DNA from: Adineta vaga | Taxonomy: Eukaryota > Animalia > Rotifera | Length of the DNA stretch: 64,000 nt | Assembly (NCBI GenBank): GCA_021613535.1 | Contig: CP075492.1 | Span: 8,261,653-8,325,652, forward strand | Direction: 5' to 3' | In this document: in pieces, positions 27,174 to 38,391 of the stretch | How positions within the stretch are numbered: position 1 is the first letter of the stretch | Layout of the letters: each line of letters begins with the position of its first letter | The notes under the pieces: model-generated | Database searches by the model: none | Seen by the model: the letters and a program-made list of their open reading frames with translations, nothing else | Told to the model about the DNA's origin: nothing | Translations under genes and position numbers: made by a program

Positions 27174-27650
27174 ATGTCATCAACAACATCTTCAGCTTCT
27201 CCTAGTGCACAAACACGACGTTTAGTACTAGATTTAAATTCATATAATAAAAATCCATTACCGTACATTCGAGATCTTCAATATTCCGTGGATTCAGATG
27301 GTTTTAATCAATTGCATGGAATATTAATTGGTCCAGAGAAAAGTTCATACGAGAACGGTCAATTTCATTTTCGAATTAAATTTCTACTAGAGTATCCTTT
27401 TAAACCTCATGAATTCTACTTTCTGACACGAATCTGTCATCCAAATGTAGAAACAGAAACCGGTCATGCTTGTCATGATGAACTTCTTTCCTCATGGACA
27501 CCACAGGTATCAATCATGACTATATTTTCGAAAATGCATGGACTTCTTGCACAACCTGATTATAATAAATATTACGAACAAAAAGTCATTCCAGGAAAAG
27601 ATCCAAATACAGCTCGAGAATGGACAGAGAAATATGCAATGCCTGTTTAG
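27174..27650 (+). CDS. Ubiquitin-conjugating enzyme E2, UBE2L3 (UbcH7)-like and divergent. Single exon, 158 aa.
   Basis: The UBC fold is recognisable: GILIGPEKSSYENGQFHFRIKFLLEYPFKPHEFYFLTRICHPNVETETGHACHDELLSSWTP versus human UBE2L3, which I recall as [61 protein letters not shown]. The HPN motif and the catalytic Cys are aligned. Confidence 0.7.
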   Translation: MSSTTSSASPSAQTRRLVLDLNSYNKNPLPYIRDLQYSVDSDGFNQLHGILIGPEKSSYENGQFHFRIKFLLEYPFKPHEFYFLTRICHPNVETETGHACHDELLSSWTPQVSIMTIFSKMHGLLAQPDYNKYYEQKVIPGKDPNTAREWTEKYAMPV

Positions 27651-27837
27651 TCAACTGACTATATGGTAAACGATTTTCTGAATATAGTATTCAAATCAGC
27701 AGATAAAATGAACATTATATTTTAAATCAATAGATATATCTCTTGTAATAAACCTATATGTAACGTTATATGTCAGAAATTCGTTCATTGACTCCTAAAT
27801 CTATACAAGACATCATTTTATTTCTATACATTCATAT

Positions 27838-30255
27838 TTATCTGTTTACACTAGGAGAAATGTAAGTGTCAACTTGTTTCATTTGGTTTTTACATCGACA
27901 GAGTGTCGTTGGTACAAAAACTGTTTCATTATTACAATAATGTATCGGATTATTTTCTTGTTGATGTGCAAGTAGATTCTGTTGTAATTCAGATACACAT
28001 TCTTGATGATTCGGATAGATCAATTGACTTCCAACAATGAGTACTGCTTGACACGGCTGATGTACTTGTTGTTGCTGCTGTTGTTGTTGTTGTAAATTTG
28101 GTGATGAATAACCTTTCATCGTCGACAGATATTCATGTGCATTTGACGAATGACAACAATGATAATGACGAAATGATGGCGGATAGGGTGGCAAAGCTGG
28201 TGCATTCGTATTCATTAATTTTTTATCATTATATAGAAATGGTTGTTCACTATCGGATGATAAGGATGGTAATTGTTCATAGAGACTATCATTAACTGGA
28301 AGACTCTCTGGTGTTTTATGTATTGGTTGATGAAGAGTCGTATGATAATAATAATGATGTGAACGTTGTCGTTCAAGTTCAGCTGTTATATGACGACGAA
28401 GTTTTCGTCGACAAATCGCCAATGATATAAGTAATAAAAGGAAGAGTAAAACGAAGAAAAGAAGAAAAAAAACGATGACAATTAATGTTTGATTATGTTG
28501 AATAAGATTCGATGCTGTAAATGAATCATGATGAAAGATTGAAAAGAGTTTTGACGGATCTTTAACAGATACAAATGATGGATAAATACTTGTTGTATAA
28601 AATACAGCATCGAATGAGACTATTAAAATAAACAAATTCAAAATATGTTTGATTCAATTGAACTAAGGTTTTTAATCAATATGAAACAAACCTGTCGTCG
28701 ATGATTCTGTTGTTCGTATAACACGAATTAAATCATCATTTTGATCAATTTTCCATCCGTAACTAATTATTTCTCCTTCATTAACTTGTTCATTTGATAA
28801 AATAACATATTGCAAATTTTTTAAACATCCAAATAAATTATTCATATTCGGTAATATTCTCATTAGATTTGAATTGTAACTTAAATTAATTTCTTGTAAA
28901 TTTGTCGCAGCACAAAATGTTTCATTCGTAAAATTTCGTATATTATTTTTCGCTAAATTCAATTTTATTAATAAACTTTTACCAACAAATACAAATGGTT
29001 TGATTTGTTCGATACGATTTTCTTCATAATTAAGTTCAGTGATTGTTTCCGGTAAAAGGATATGAATATGAGAGAAATTTCCTTGTCGACATTTGACAGT
29101 ATGTTGTGACCAAAGAGTATCATGTGAACATAAACAGTCAGAAGGACATACTGAATGACAATCACATGCTTCAAAATCACAACATGTACAATCGGATGTA
29201 CAATGTCGAGTATAGAAACATTGAAAATCACTTGAAGAAACATCAAAGATTGAACGAGAATTACATTGAAGAAAAGATAAATCAGTAATATTAATTGACG
29301 ATGAATTCAATAATGAATTAAGCCAACAATCGCATATGAGAGGATTACCATAGAGTATAAGTTGAAGAATAGGAGTATTTAAAATCTACAGAAGAACAAA
29401 AAGAAACATCATAGTTTAGATAAAAACATTTTTTGATAAATCGAAAAAATTTACTTGATAATCATCATGAGTTGACTTGTTCAGTATATCTTTGAAGAAT
29501 TCTAATGAATTTATTTGATTAAATCGAAGATCGAGTACTTGTAAAGATTTATGTAACCATTTGTTATCAATCCATGTCAGAGCATTAGTTGATAGATTCA
29601 AATATTCAAGTTCTATACTTCGATCAAGTATAGGCAATCGTTCTAAATGATTATCAGCTAATGATAAATGAGTTAATTTTTTCAATGATTTTAATAATGA
29701 TACAAGAGATGATTGTGCTAAATTACAATCAGTTAAATCTAATTGCATTAAATTTCTTGGTAAAGATGATAATTGAAGATGTTTATTATGACGAAGACTA
29801 AGACCAACTAGTTGTTGTTGATGAATATGATTTGAACCAAATTTAATTTCACGTAGATTTGGATTATGATCAAGATATAGATATTTCAACTGGAATGGTA
29901 ACGGATAAGAAAGTATAAATGTTGATAAAAGATTGTAACTTAAATCAAGTGTTTCCAATGATGATGGTAGAGAAAATGGTAATTGACTTAATGTTAATAA
30001 TTGACATGAATTGATTTGAAAAGTTCGCATTGTATAATTGGAAGAAAATGAAAATAATGGAAGATTCGTCATTGTTAATGTATTTGTTGTACATATTTGC
30101 TTTTCATCTTGTTGTAAAGATAGATATTCAATTAAAATAGTGCACTGTTCAGTTATTCGATCATTTGAAAAAAGAAAATGTTTATTATCCGTACAATTCC
30201 ATTCAAATGATTGACTATTGTGAATAAGAAAGATGATCAAGAAAATAAACATCAT
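27838..30255 (-). CDS. Leucine-rich-repeat type I transmembrane receptor with two LRR blocks separated by an LRRCT/LRRNT-like cysteine cluster, and no TIR domain. Three exons: 29431-30255, 28680-29372, 27838-28608.
   Basis: Exon 1 carries the signal peptide MMFIFLIIFLIHNSQS and about 10 LRRs (LxxLxLSxNxL). Exon 2 carries GNPLICDCWL (LRRCT) and then CTSDCTCCDFEACDCHSVCPSDCLCSHD...VKC followed by more LRRs. Exon 3 carries the TM helix VIVFFLLFFVLLFLLLLISLAI, the stop-transfer RRKLRRH, and a 190-aa Q/H/Y-rich tail. Confidence 0.8.
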
Positions 30256-30682
30256 CTAAAAGATTTGATAAAAAAAATGAAATTATATTAAGAAAAAAGA
30301 AGAAAATGTTTAAAATATATATATTTGAACAAAAGAAACACTAGGCGTTCTCTTAGAAGAAAATAATTATAAACACTGCATGTCTCTATACATATACATA
30401 TATGTATATAGAAAAGTAGTATAAATTAATTCAAATAACCTTACGCAACAGTAGGAAAGTTGATGATGATGATGATGATGAAAACATTTTGATTAATATG
30501 CATGAAATCTTGATGTTATTACAGTGAGCCGACAATTAAAGAAGCCGGAAGACGACACCTTGTCGATAGTATTCAATTGCATTATATATACAAAAGCCTA
30601 TGATACTAATCGATGAGAAAACGAGAGAAGCGCTAACTGACCTTGACCAATATTGCCTTGCTCGGTTTTTTCTTCTTCTCCC

Positions 30683-30712
30683 TCTCTCTCTCTCTCTTCG
30701 TCTTTCTTTTCT
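30683..30712. repeat. (CT)n microsatellite
   Basis: ctctctctctctctctcttcgtc, read directly from the sequence. Confidence 0.9.
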
Positions 30713-32329
30713 TATCACTTCAATCCAATCAATGTTGACGATGTATGTCGGATGTTCAAAGATGTATATCTATTTGCTTTAGTACTAATGACAAGAACTG
30801 TTAGTGAATCTAATTTAAGGAAAGCTCACTTTTGTTTTCTGTTATTCTAATAGAAGATCTAAATGAAGCTTATAATAGTAAATAGATGAGTGAATGACAT
30901 TTCATTCGATCTTATGATTGAAAAGATGAAGCAAACTCATTGTTCATACATATGTATATGTCTGATAATTAACAAAAAGAATCATCAACATAACAAATGA
31001 AATGAGCAATGAGGGAAATGAAGTGAAACGAAAGCTGATTCCCTCTTGTATAGTTGTCGTCATCTTATCTTGAAGAAAGAGAATTGAAATGAAAATGTGT
31101 AGATGTCTATATCAAACTCAGTATTGAATGTAAGCGTGAAGCGTGACCACAGCTGTATTGATGATTAATCTCCAAGGATCTGCTCTTTCGTTTGATGTTA
31201 TGATTATACTTTTTTTAACACTTTCCTATTCTTCTCAAAATAATAACGACAATTTCCGTCTTAACCATCTGCTTGACCTCATTTTCTTCTAGTTTTCTTT
31301 TTGTGTTCTAGTAAAACACTACTCGTTGAATATGTCAATTCTCTCTCTCTGCCATTAAATGACCACTCACTTTTGCTCTTATTTTCAAAGATTCATTCTT
31401 TTTTCAATTGAAAAAGAAAATGAATTAAATCGAAACTTTTCAATTAGAAGTAGGCGAGGCACATGGCCTCTGTCCCCTTAACTTTTATAAGGCTACGTAG
31501 ATGAACGACGTGTGGCAGTATATAAACAAACGAAAGAATACTTTCAAGCGACACAATGTGACAAAAACTATTGGTATATATATATGTATACCCGAGAGTA
31601 TATGTTATATTCTCATGAAGAAAAGATTCTACAGATAGAATATCAAATCAAACTTTCTGCACCATCAAAGATGTCAATCGAAAGACCTTGCAAATAAGAT
31701 TTATGTAAAAAAACGATGAAGAAAGAATGATTGACACATAAAGAGAAGAAACACAACTGTGTAACAGTTGATTGATCATTTTGCGCATCTATAACACTTT
31801 TTTTTCTCACTTTTATAACACTTGAACGTCACTTAAGAGGCAAAGATTATTTGAAATTAGACAAATACTTCTTCATTCTTCACTCGACGACATGCAGTGC
31901 AAATGATATAACACATTCACCTGTTCCAATCTATTCACTATTACACTTCATCTGACCTCTTTCTGTTCTTGTTAATTTGATCCGCTAGAAAAGAAAAAGT
32001 AACATTGTACACACCGTTTTCTTTTTATTACAATACCTCCTTCTTCCGATAGTTTTATTGGAAACAAAAGAATAAAAATAACATGTTGAAGACTTCTGGC
32101 TGAATAAACTCACTTTCTACTCATATCATCCAATCAATTGTGGAACGACGATTGCGTGTACATGTACTATTAAAATGTAAATATATATAAGACACACACT
32201 TGCTTGCTTGCTGGCTTTATAATATATGTATATTAATATTACTACTGTATTGTGATAGAATGACTGACATATATAAAAGAAGATGACTTTTCAACATAGG
32301 CTCTTTCTTCTTCTTCATCTTCTTCTTCT

Positions 32330-32362
32330 CTTCCGTTCTCTCTCTCTCTCTCTCTCTTTCGT
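32330..32362. repeat. (CT)n microsatellite, adjacent to (TCT)n at 32301-32330
   Basis: cttcttcatcttcttcttc followed by ctctctctctctctctctttc. Confidence 0.9.
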
Positions 32363-33715
32363 TTGCTTGTTCAATCATTGATGTTCGAGTGGCACACATA
32401 TACATACATACATACACATACCCTTCTTTATTCTCTCTTCTCAAATATCGGAAGAGTGCATATAGCAGTCATACTACTGACATAGCGTGCTATTAGATCA
32501 TTAAAGTTTGCAGTCAATAGGTTCATATCTCATCGTCGCGACATTGCATGCTATGTTTCGGAAGATAGATTAATTTCGAAAGTCGTTAGTATTTGATGAA
32601 AATTTTCTTCTCATGTCATTCAGCTGCTTCTTTTTATTGGCGAAAAAAAAAACTTTTCTTTTCAATTAAATTTATCTTAAAAATCATTCAATCTTTTCAA
32701 AATTGTTTTTCACACGCTTCATTCAATACTTCTCAAGGTAGACTTTAAAACAATTATTTTCATGTTTTCATTCATTCCTATTGATTTGTCGATGTCTTTT
32801 TAATACGTCTATGTTGATCGCTATAATTATTTCAACATCATATACACACACAAACATGTAATCGTCTAACATTTAAAGCAAGACGTATGCTTCCGATATA
32901 TTGATCATTGCAGGAGGTTGCCTATGATCATAGCAATGAAGTATATAGAATGTATGCCTGCAGTTATGTATAAAGCAGACAAAATGTCACTGAAAGACAC
33001 TAATGACAACTAAATGTATAGACGTTGACTTATCAAATGCTCACAACGCGTTTTTTTTTGTCTTATGAACATTGTTTCCATCTGTGCTTTTCTATTTTCT
33101 TTCTATTACTCAATTAGAAATATGACGAGATGAATAAGAGTGGCTTTCTTTTTTCGAAAGAAGAATGAATGTATGAATGAATGAAAATAAGCGAGATCGA
33201 ACAATTATCATTCAAGGCAAACTTTAAAATAAAGAACGACAGTGATTAGAAATTCTATACGGTTAAATGATTTAAATATGGATGAAAAGAAGACAACGGC
33301 TGATATCAAAACGATATTTCCAGGTCAATAGATCTGAAAGTTTTTTGCCTCTATAACAATGTAGATATCTGATTGTAAATTTGTATGATCAAGTCATTTT
33401 CTTTGACATTATCTGTTCAAAGAATTATTGATGATCATATCAGAAGATTAATTCTTTTCGAAACTTTCCGTTACTTCTTATATTTAAGAATAGAATCATT
33501 ACGTCATCGTCTCATAGCTATTCACTGACATACAATAGGAACATGATGTGTTAATAGCATCTATTGACAAGAAAAGTGAGCTTGATATTACTGAAGAAGA
33601 TACTTTGATTAAGAATGAATGAGGAAGATTAGCTATTGTCTTTAAGAGTTAACCTTATAGATAATGGAGAATCAGTTTTGTTTTATCAACGAAAAGGCGC
33701 AAGTTAAAGAACATA

Positions 33716-33738
33716 GACACACCCACACACACACACAC
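33716..33738. repeat. (CA)n microsatellite
   Basis: cacccacacacacacacactt. Confidence 0.85.
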
Positions 33739-34318
33739 TTACAAAATCAACTCGATTGATTACTTTTCTTTTCTTGAGAGAAACTGGATGATGGCGTTTA
33801 ATTAAAAAACTAAGATTTAATCGGCACCATCAATCTTAACATGTGGTATTGTATTAGAGAGAGAATTTATCGCAGAAAATAATAGATTATCGAAGTATTC
33901 TATATAAAAAGACAAAAAAAAGCCTTGGACGAAATAAATTAACCATAGATAATTAATGAGTTTGTTTTAGATTGATGGGATAAAAAAGATTTGTTCGAAG
34001 CGCAAACTGTTATTGGGAAACAATGTTGTAGATATTGATTTTGTTGGATACAAAGAGATTGTTGTTCATTTATTCGCTATATAAAAGCGACCTTTCATCA
34101 TTTCGTGTGTATGAAAACTTAGAATTGAATTTAAAATCGAACTTGAATAATTCCAAGATTTAGGTGATAACATCGACACACTGATTTTTATTTATATATA
34201 TAGAATACATGAGAGTAGACAATGAATAAAAGAGGGAAGGAAAAGCTTGCTGATGTTTTCGAGAGTGATAAATCCATATAAAAGATTTTGTCGATTGAAA
34301 GAAGAAAAATTAGGAATG

Positions 34319-34340
34319 TGTTTATGTGTGTGTGTGTGTT
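34319..34340. repeat. (TG)n microsatellite
   Basis: tgtgtgtgtgtgtgtgtt. Confidence 0.85.
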
Positions 34341-34654
34341 AAGAAAAAGAACAAGATAAAGAAAAAGAAACAAAAAGGAAATTGACGTTTGACGAGAAGT
34401 TTTCCTGACTAGTCATCTCTCCTCGTCATCAAAGTTTTGTTTTAATTAATTGATCATCATTCTCACATTCGTCGTTAGTTAATACAGAAAGAGATTCTCA
34501 TCCGAAAACACACTCAAAGACAAATGTTGGTGTTGTTGTTGTTGTTATTGTTGAGAATATATAAAAGAAAAAAAAAGGAAATGCGTTACATTGAAACGAA
34601 AGAAAAGAAAAGAAAGAGAAGAAAATTGGGCTGTTTTTTAAACATCATGTTCAT

Positions 34655-35619
34655 TCACTTTTGTTCATCATCGACATCTTGCACTTCATTATGTGCGTTA
34701 TCATTATCACCAGGCATATCCGTTGTCCATAATGTGAGATTGTCACGTAAAAGTTGCATAATTAATGTTGAATCTAAATGAAGGAAAAGAAAATTTTCTT
34801 TACATAAATAAAAAAATCTATTAAAACAATTCAAACCTTTGTATGTATCTTCATTGAGTGTATCCAATTCAGCAATGGCATCATCGAAAGCCTTAGAAAA
34901 GATGAAATTTCATTAGAAAAATCAATACAAATGAAGTCTAAACAAATGACATACTTGTTTAGCCAATCGACAAGCTCGTTCAGGTGTATTGAGAATTTCA
35001 TAATAGAATACCGAAAAATTCAAAGCTAAACCAAGACGAATGGGATGGGTTGGTGGTAATTCATTTTGAGCAATATCATTCGCTTTTGTATAGGCGACGA
35101 GTGAATTTTCTGCTGCTTCTTTTCGATCCTCTTGGGTTGCAAATTCAGCTTTATATCGATGATAATCACCTTTCATTTTTAAGTAAAAGACTTTACTTTC
35201 ACCTGATGCGGCATTTGGTAAAAGATTTTTATCAAGTAAATCAAGAATATCTTGACAAATATCACGTAATTCTTTTTCAACCTGAGAACGATATTTCTTT
35301 ATCATAGCCATTTTTGTATTTTCCGATTTATTTTCTTCTTTACTTTCAATATTAGTAATAATTCGCCATGATGCACGTCGTGCTCCAATTAAATTTTTAT
35401 AGGCCACGGAAAGTAAATTACGTTCTTCAACGGTTAATTCTTGATCCATTTTAGCAACTTTTTTCATGGATTCAACCATTTCTGATAAATTAAAAAACAA
35501 AACAAAGCAAATTAATTTTACGTTGTTAATTAAATTAGTTGTCTTTTCTTACCTTCATATCGTTCAGCTTGTTCAGCCAATTTAGCTTGATAGACATCAT
35601 CATCACGTGAGGCAGGCAT
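34655..35619 (-). CDS. YWHAE: 14-3-3 protein, epsilon type. Four exons: 35554-35619, 34955-35482, about 34838-34892, 34655-34774.
   Basis: [22 protein letters not shown] | [42 protein letters not shown]...[80 protein letters not shown] | [18 protein letters not shown] | [24 protein letters not shown]. This is near-identical to 14-3-3 epsilon. Confidence 0.95.
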
Positions 35620-36419
35620 AATTTCGAATAAAATGATAACGTTATACTAAAGAAACAAATCAGACGAGTGTTTTGTATATTTGAAGAGAAAAACGAATAA
35701 ACAAAGAATCTTAGTTGCCGACTAACAACCATTTTGTCTCGTTGAACCATTCACTCATATTGAATTGAATAATGAGGCAGAGATAAGAAAATTTTTAATT
35801 TATTTATTTTAATAAAAATATTTTCAAATTCAATAAGAATTCGAAAGAAAATTTATTAGACTTTGATTTGTTTCATTTTTTAAAGACATCTATAGATGTC
35901 AGGAGTGACGAATATGACTAACTTACATTTTATTTCACACTAAACATAATACTTACTAAACAGTTTGTATATGAATGTTAAAGAATTTCTCTTTGGTAAG
36001 GTCATACGAGGTTATAAACATGACGTCATATTATTCTCGATTTCATTTGATTATCTTCTTTTACGATTTGACTGATCATGGACTATTTATTTCTTTAAAT
36101 GAATTTTTCTTGTATAGAAGAAGAATAAAGCGCAATAGCATCATCTTTTCCTTTCGATTTATGTATACATAACAGTTTAACCGTACGATTTCGTTTTTCA
36201 AAACACGAAACAAATGAAGTCTAATTTCGAATGATGTTTATTATATCTCATTGATCATAAACTCTTTTTTTTTGTATGCATCAAATCTAATGTTGAATTT
36301 GAAGAATCTTCTACTAACAAATAAATAATAATTAATAATAATGATACATGAAAGTGAAACGAAGAAAATTGCAATAATGGTCATTTTTTTATTTGACTAA
36401 TTCATATCATTTGAAACGA

Positions 36420-37518
36420 TTAATAAACCATTTGTTGAGCCACTGGATTAAATAATGATAATTGATTAGAAAACGTATTCGCTGGTGTTGATAGTGTTTG
36501 ACCAGCTGCCATCATTGGCATACCGTTTGGAATCATTCGACCTTGTTGCATCATTGGATGATAACCAAATGGCATACCTTGACGAGCCATAGGATACATA
36601 TAGTTTTGAGGAACATATGATGATGGCATTTGAACCGGTCGATACATCATTTGTTGTTGAGCTTGTTGTGGCATCATACTCATCGATTGTGGTTGTTGTG
36701 GTGGTGGTAACATCATCATATTCGATGGTGCTGCTGGAGCACCTGGATTCATAGATGTTGGCTGGATGTATTCATAACTTGAATCCGATGAAAAACTTGG
36801 ATTATGTTCAAGAGCATTATGAACTAAAGCTGGACGTCCAACAGAACCAGTAATAGATGGTGTATGATAGGGATTATACGAAGTCATAAGACCATTCGAA
36901 AATGATGGTAATGTATTACAAGGATGGTTGTATGGTGAACTTGGTTGACTAAAACCACTGCGAACTGGTCGATCAACTTTAATTACTCTAAAATAGAATA
37001 AGATACAGAGATCATTGACACATTAAAGTGAATATATACCGTGTTCGAACAATTGGTGGTGGTGCTTCTTCATGCATTTCTTTTTGAATAATACGTGGAG
37101 GTGGTGTACGTGGTTGTTCAATAACACGTTCAAGAATTTCTTGAGGTTGGGGTCGAATAATAACCTAGATAGTATGTAAGAAAAAAAGATTATTTCATTA
37201 GTTTTATCGCCATAGTTCAAAACTTACACGTTCCATAACAAGTGCTTCAGGAGTTGGAGCTCGTTCAACAACTCGTTTAATAATTGGTGGTGGTGTTTGA
37301 GCACGTACAACATCACGAGAACATTGCATATCTCGTGTTATTATTTGACCTTGATATTCATAACTATCTGTACTTTCACTATCCGATGAAAAGGATTCAG
37401 GCGAATAGGAACTTTGCCGATCATCATATGTATTTGGATAACCAGCTGACATTAATGTTGGATCAATATTGTAACCAAGTGCAGCTCCACCATTTGGATA
37501 GGCGAATCGATAAGACAT
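36420..37518 (-). CDS. Proline-rich, Q/M-rich low-complexity protein of unknown family. Three exons: 37229-37518, about 37040-37165, 36420-36990.
   Basis: The three ORF segments join in phase through GT/AG junctions (...LVMER|gtaagt; ttag|VIIRPQPQEILERVIEQPRTPPPRIIQKEMHEEAPPPIVRT|gtatat; ttttag|VIKVDRPV...). Short modules of the form xVxERxxTPPPxII recur. The C-terminal 150 aa is an M/Q/P-rich prion-like tail. Confidence 0.5.
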
Positions 37519-38046
37519 ATCTTATTTTGAGTTGAACGTTTGTATGAAAAGTGAATAGATAGTGAAAAGTGCTGTCTATTGTCACACATTTACTATCACC
37601 GATATGGTTCAATGCATTTTGAAAAAGACCAATCAAAAGGACATATTCAAATCAAAAAGAAAAACGATAGAACGACGGGACAATGACCTCGTTAATGAAA
37701 ATTTAAAATGAACCATTGCGCTGTTCAATGTCTTTCGCTCTCTTGATCAATTTAATCAGCACTTGAAGCTATCAATTAGTTTCTTTTTTTAAAACGAACA
37801 TCACACTATACACATAAAACTACTTCTCCCATATAACCATTCTTTATTAAATATCGATTTCTCTCTATGCATGATAAATTACAGAAAACTAGATAACAAT
37901 CATGAAGATTGATACTTGATTTCTTCTTTTTTTTTTATTTTGTTTATTTTGACTGAAGAAAGATAAAATAAAATTTTTGTTCATTGCTCACTCGATATTC
38001 TTATCAAGAGAAAAAAGGTAGAGACAAAATGTTGTTTATTTGTATT

Positions 38047-38391
38047 TTATTTGCCCAATCCTGATGCAAATTTAGCAGATGCAAGTCGTTTACCCAAACC
38101 GGAAGCAAATTTTGCATGTGATAAACGTTTGCCAAGACCGCTAGCAAATTTAGCTGAAGCTAAACGTTTACCAAGACCGCTAGCGAATTTAGCTGAAGCT
38201 AAGCGTTTGCCAAGACCACTGGCAAATTTTGCCGAAGCAAGACGTTTATCCAAATCAGATGAATCTTCTGAACTGGTAATAACATCCACTGATTCATCAC
38301 TGTCAAGGTAGGTTGTTGATTGAACAGTGTTGAAATTGAAAAGAAACAGGACGGCGAGAAGACCAACAAGAACAATTAATTTTGTCTGCAT
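38047..38391 (-). CDS. Secreted neuropeptide precursor with a signal peptide, an acidic spacer, and five tandem KR-flanked copies of LASAKFASGLG (one copy is a LSHAKFASGLG variant). The predicted mature peptides are LASAKFASGL-amide. Single exon.
   Basis: MQTKLIVLVGLLAVLFLFNFNTVQS is a typical signal peptide. It is followed by an acidic propeptide (DSDESVDVITSSEDSSDLD) and then (KR-LASAKFASGLG) x5, ending ...GLGK*. Dibasic cleavage sites and a C-terminal Gly as the amide donor are present on every copy. The 39-bp DNA units differ at synonymous positions while the peptides are identical. Confidence 0.7.
   Translation of the reverse strand: MQTKLIVLVGLLAVLFLFNFNTVQSTTYLDSDESVDVITSSEDSSDLDKRLASAKFASGLGKRLASAKFASGLGKRLASAKFASGLGKRLSHAKFASGLGKRLASAKFASGLGK

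Noticed and set aside
27838-28641. The ORF track shows an initiating M for this and several other ORFs (for example 34655-34867) where the genomic codon is TTG and not ATG.
   Set aside because: The ORF finder seems to allow alternative start codons, which is an artefact. These are internal exons whose true boundaries are splice acceptors (ttttaatag| at about 28608 and catttag| at about 34775), not translation starts.
38051-38311. An 86-aa plus-strand ORF (MPNPDANLADASRLPKPEANFA...) antisense to the neuropeptide repeat array.
   Set aside because: It is a mirror-image ORF created by the repetitive coding sequence on the minus strand. It has no signal peptide or other independent support.
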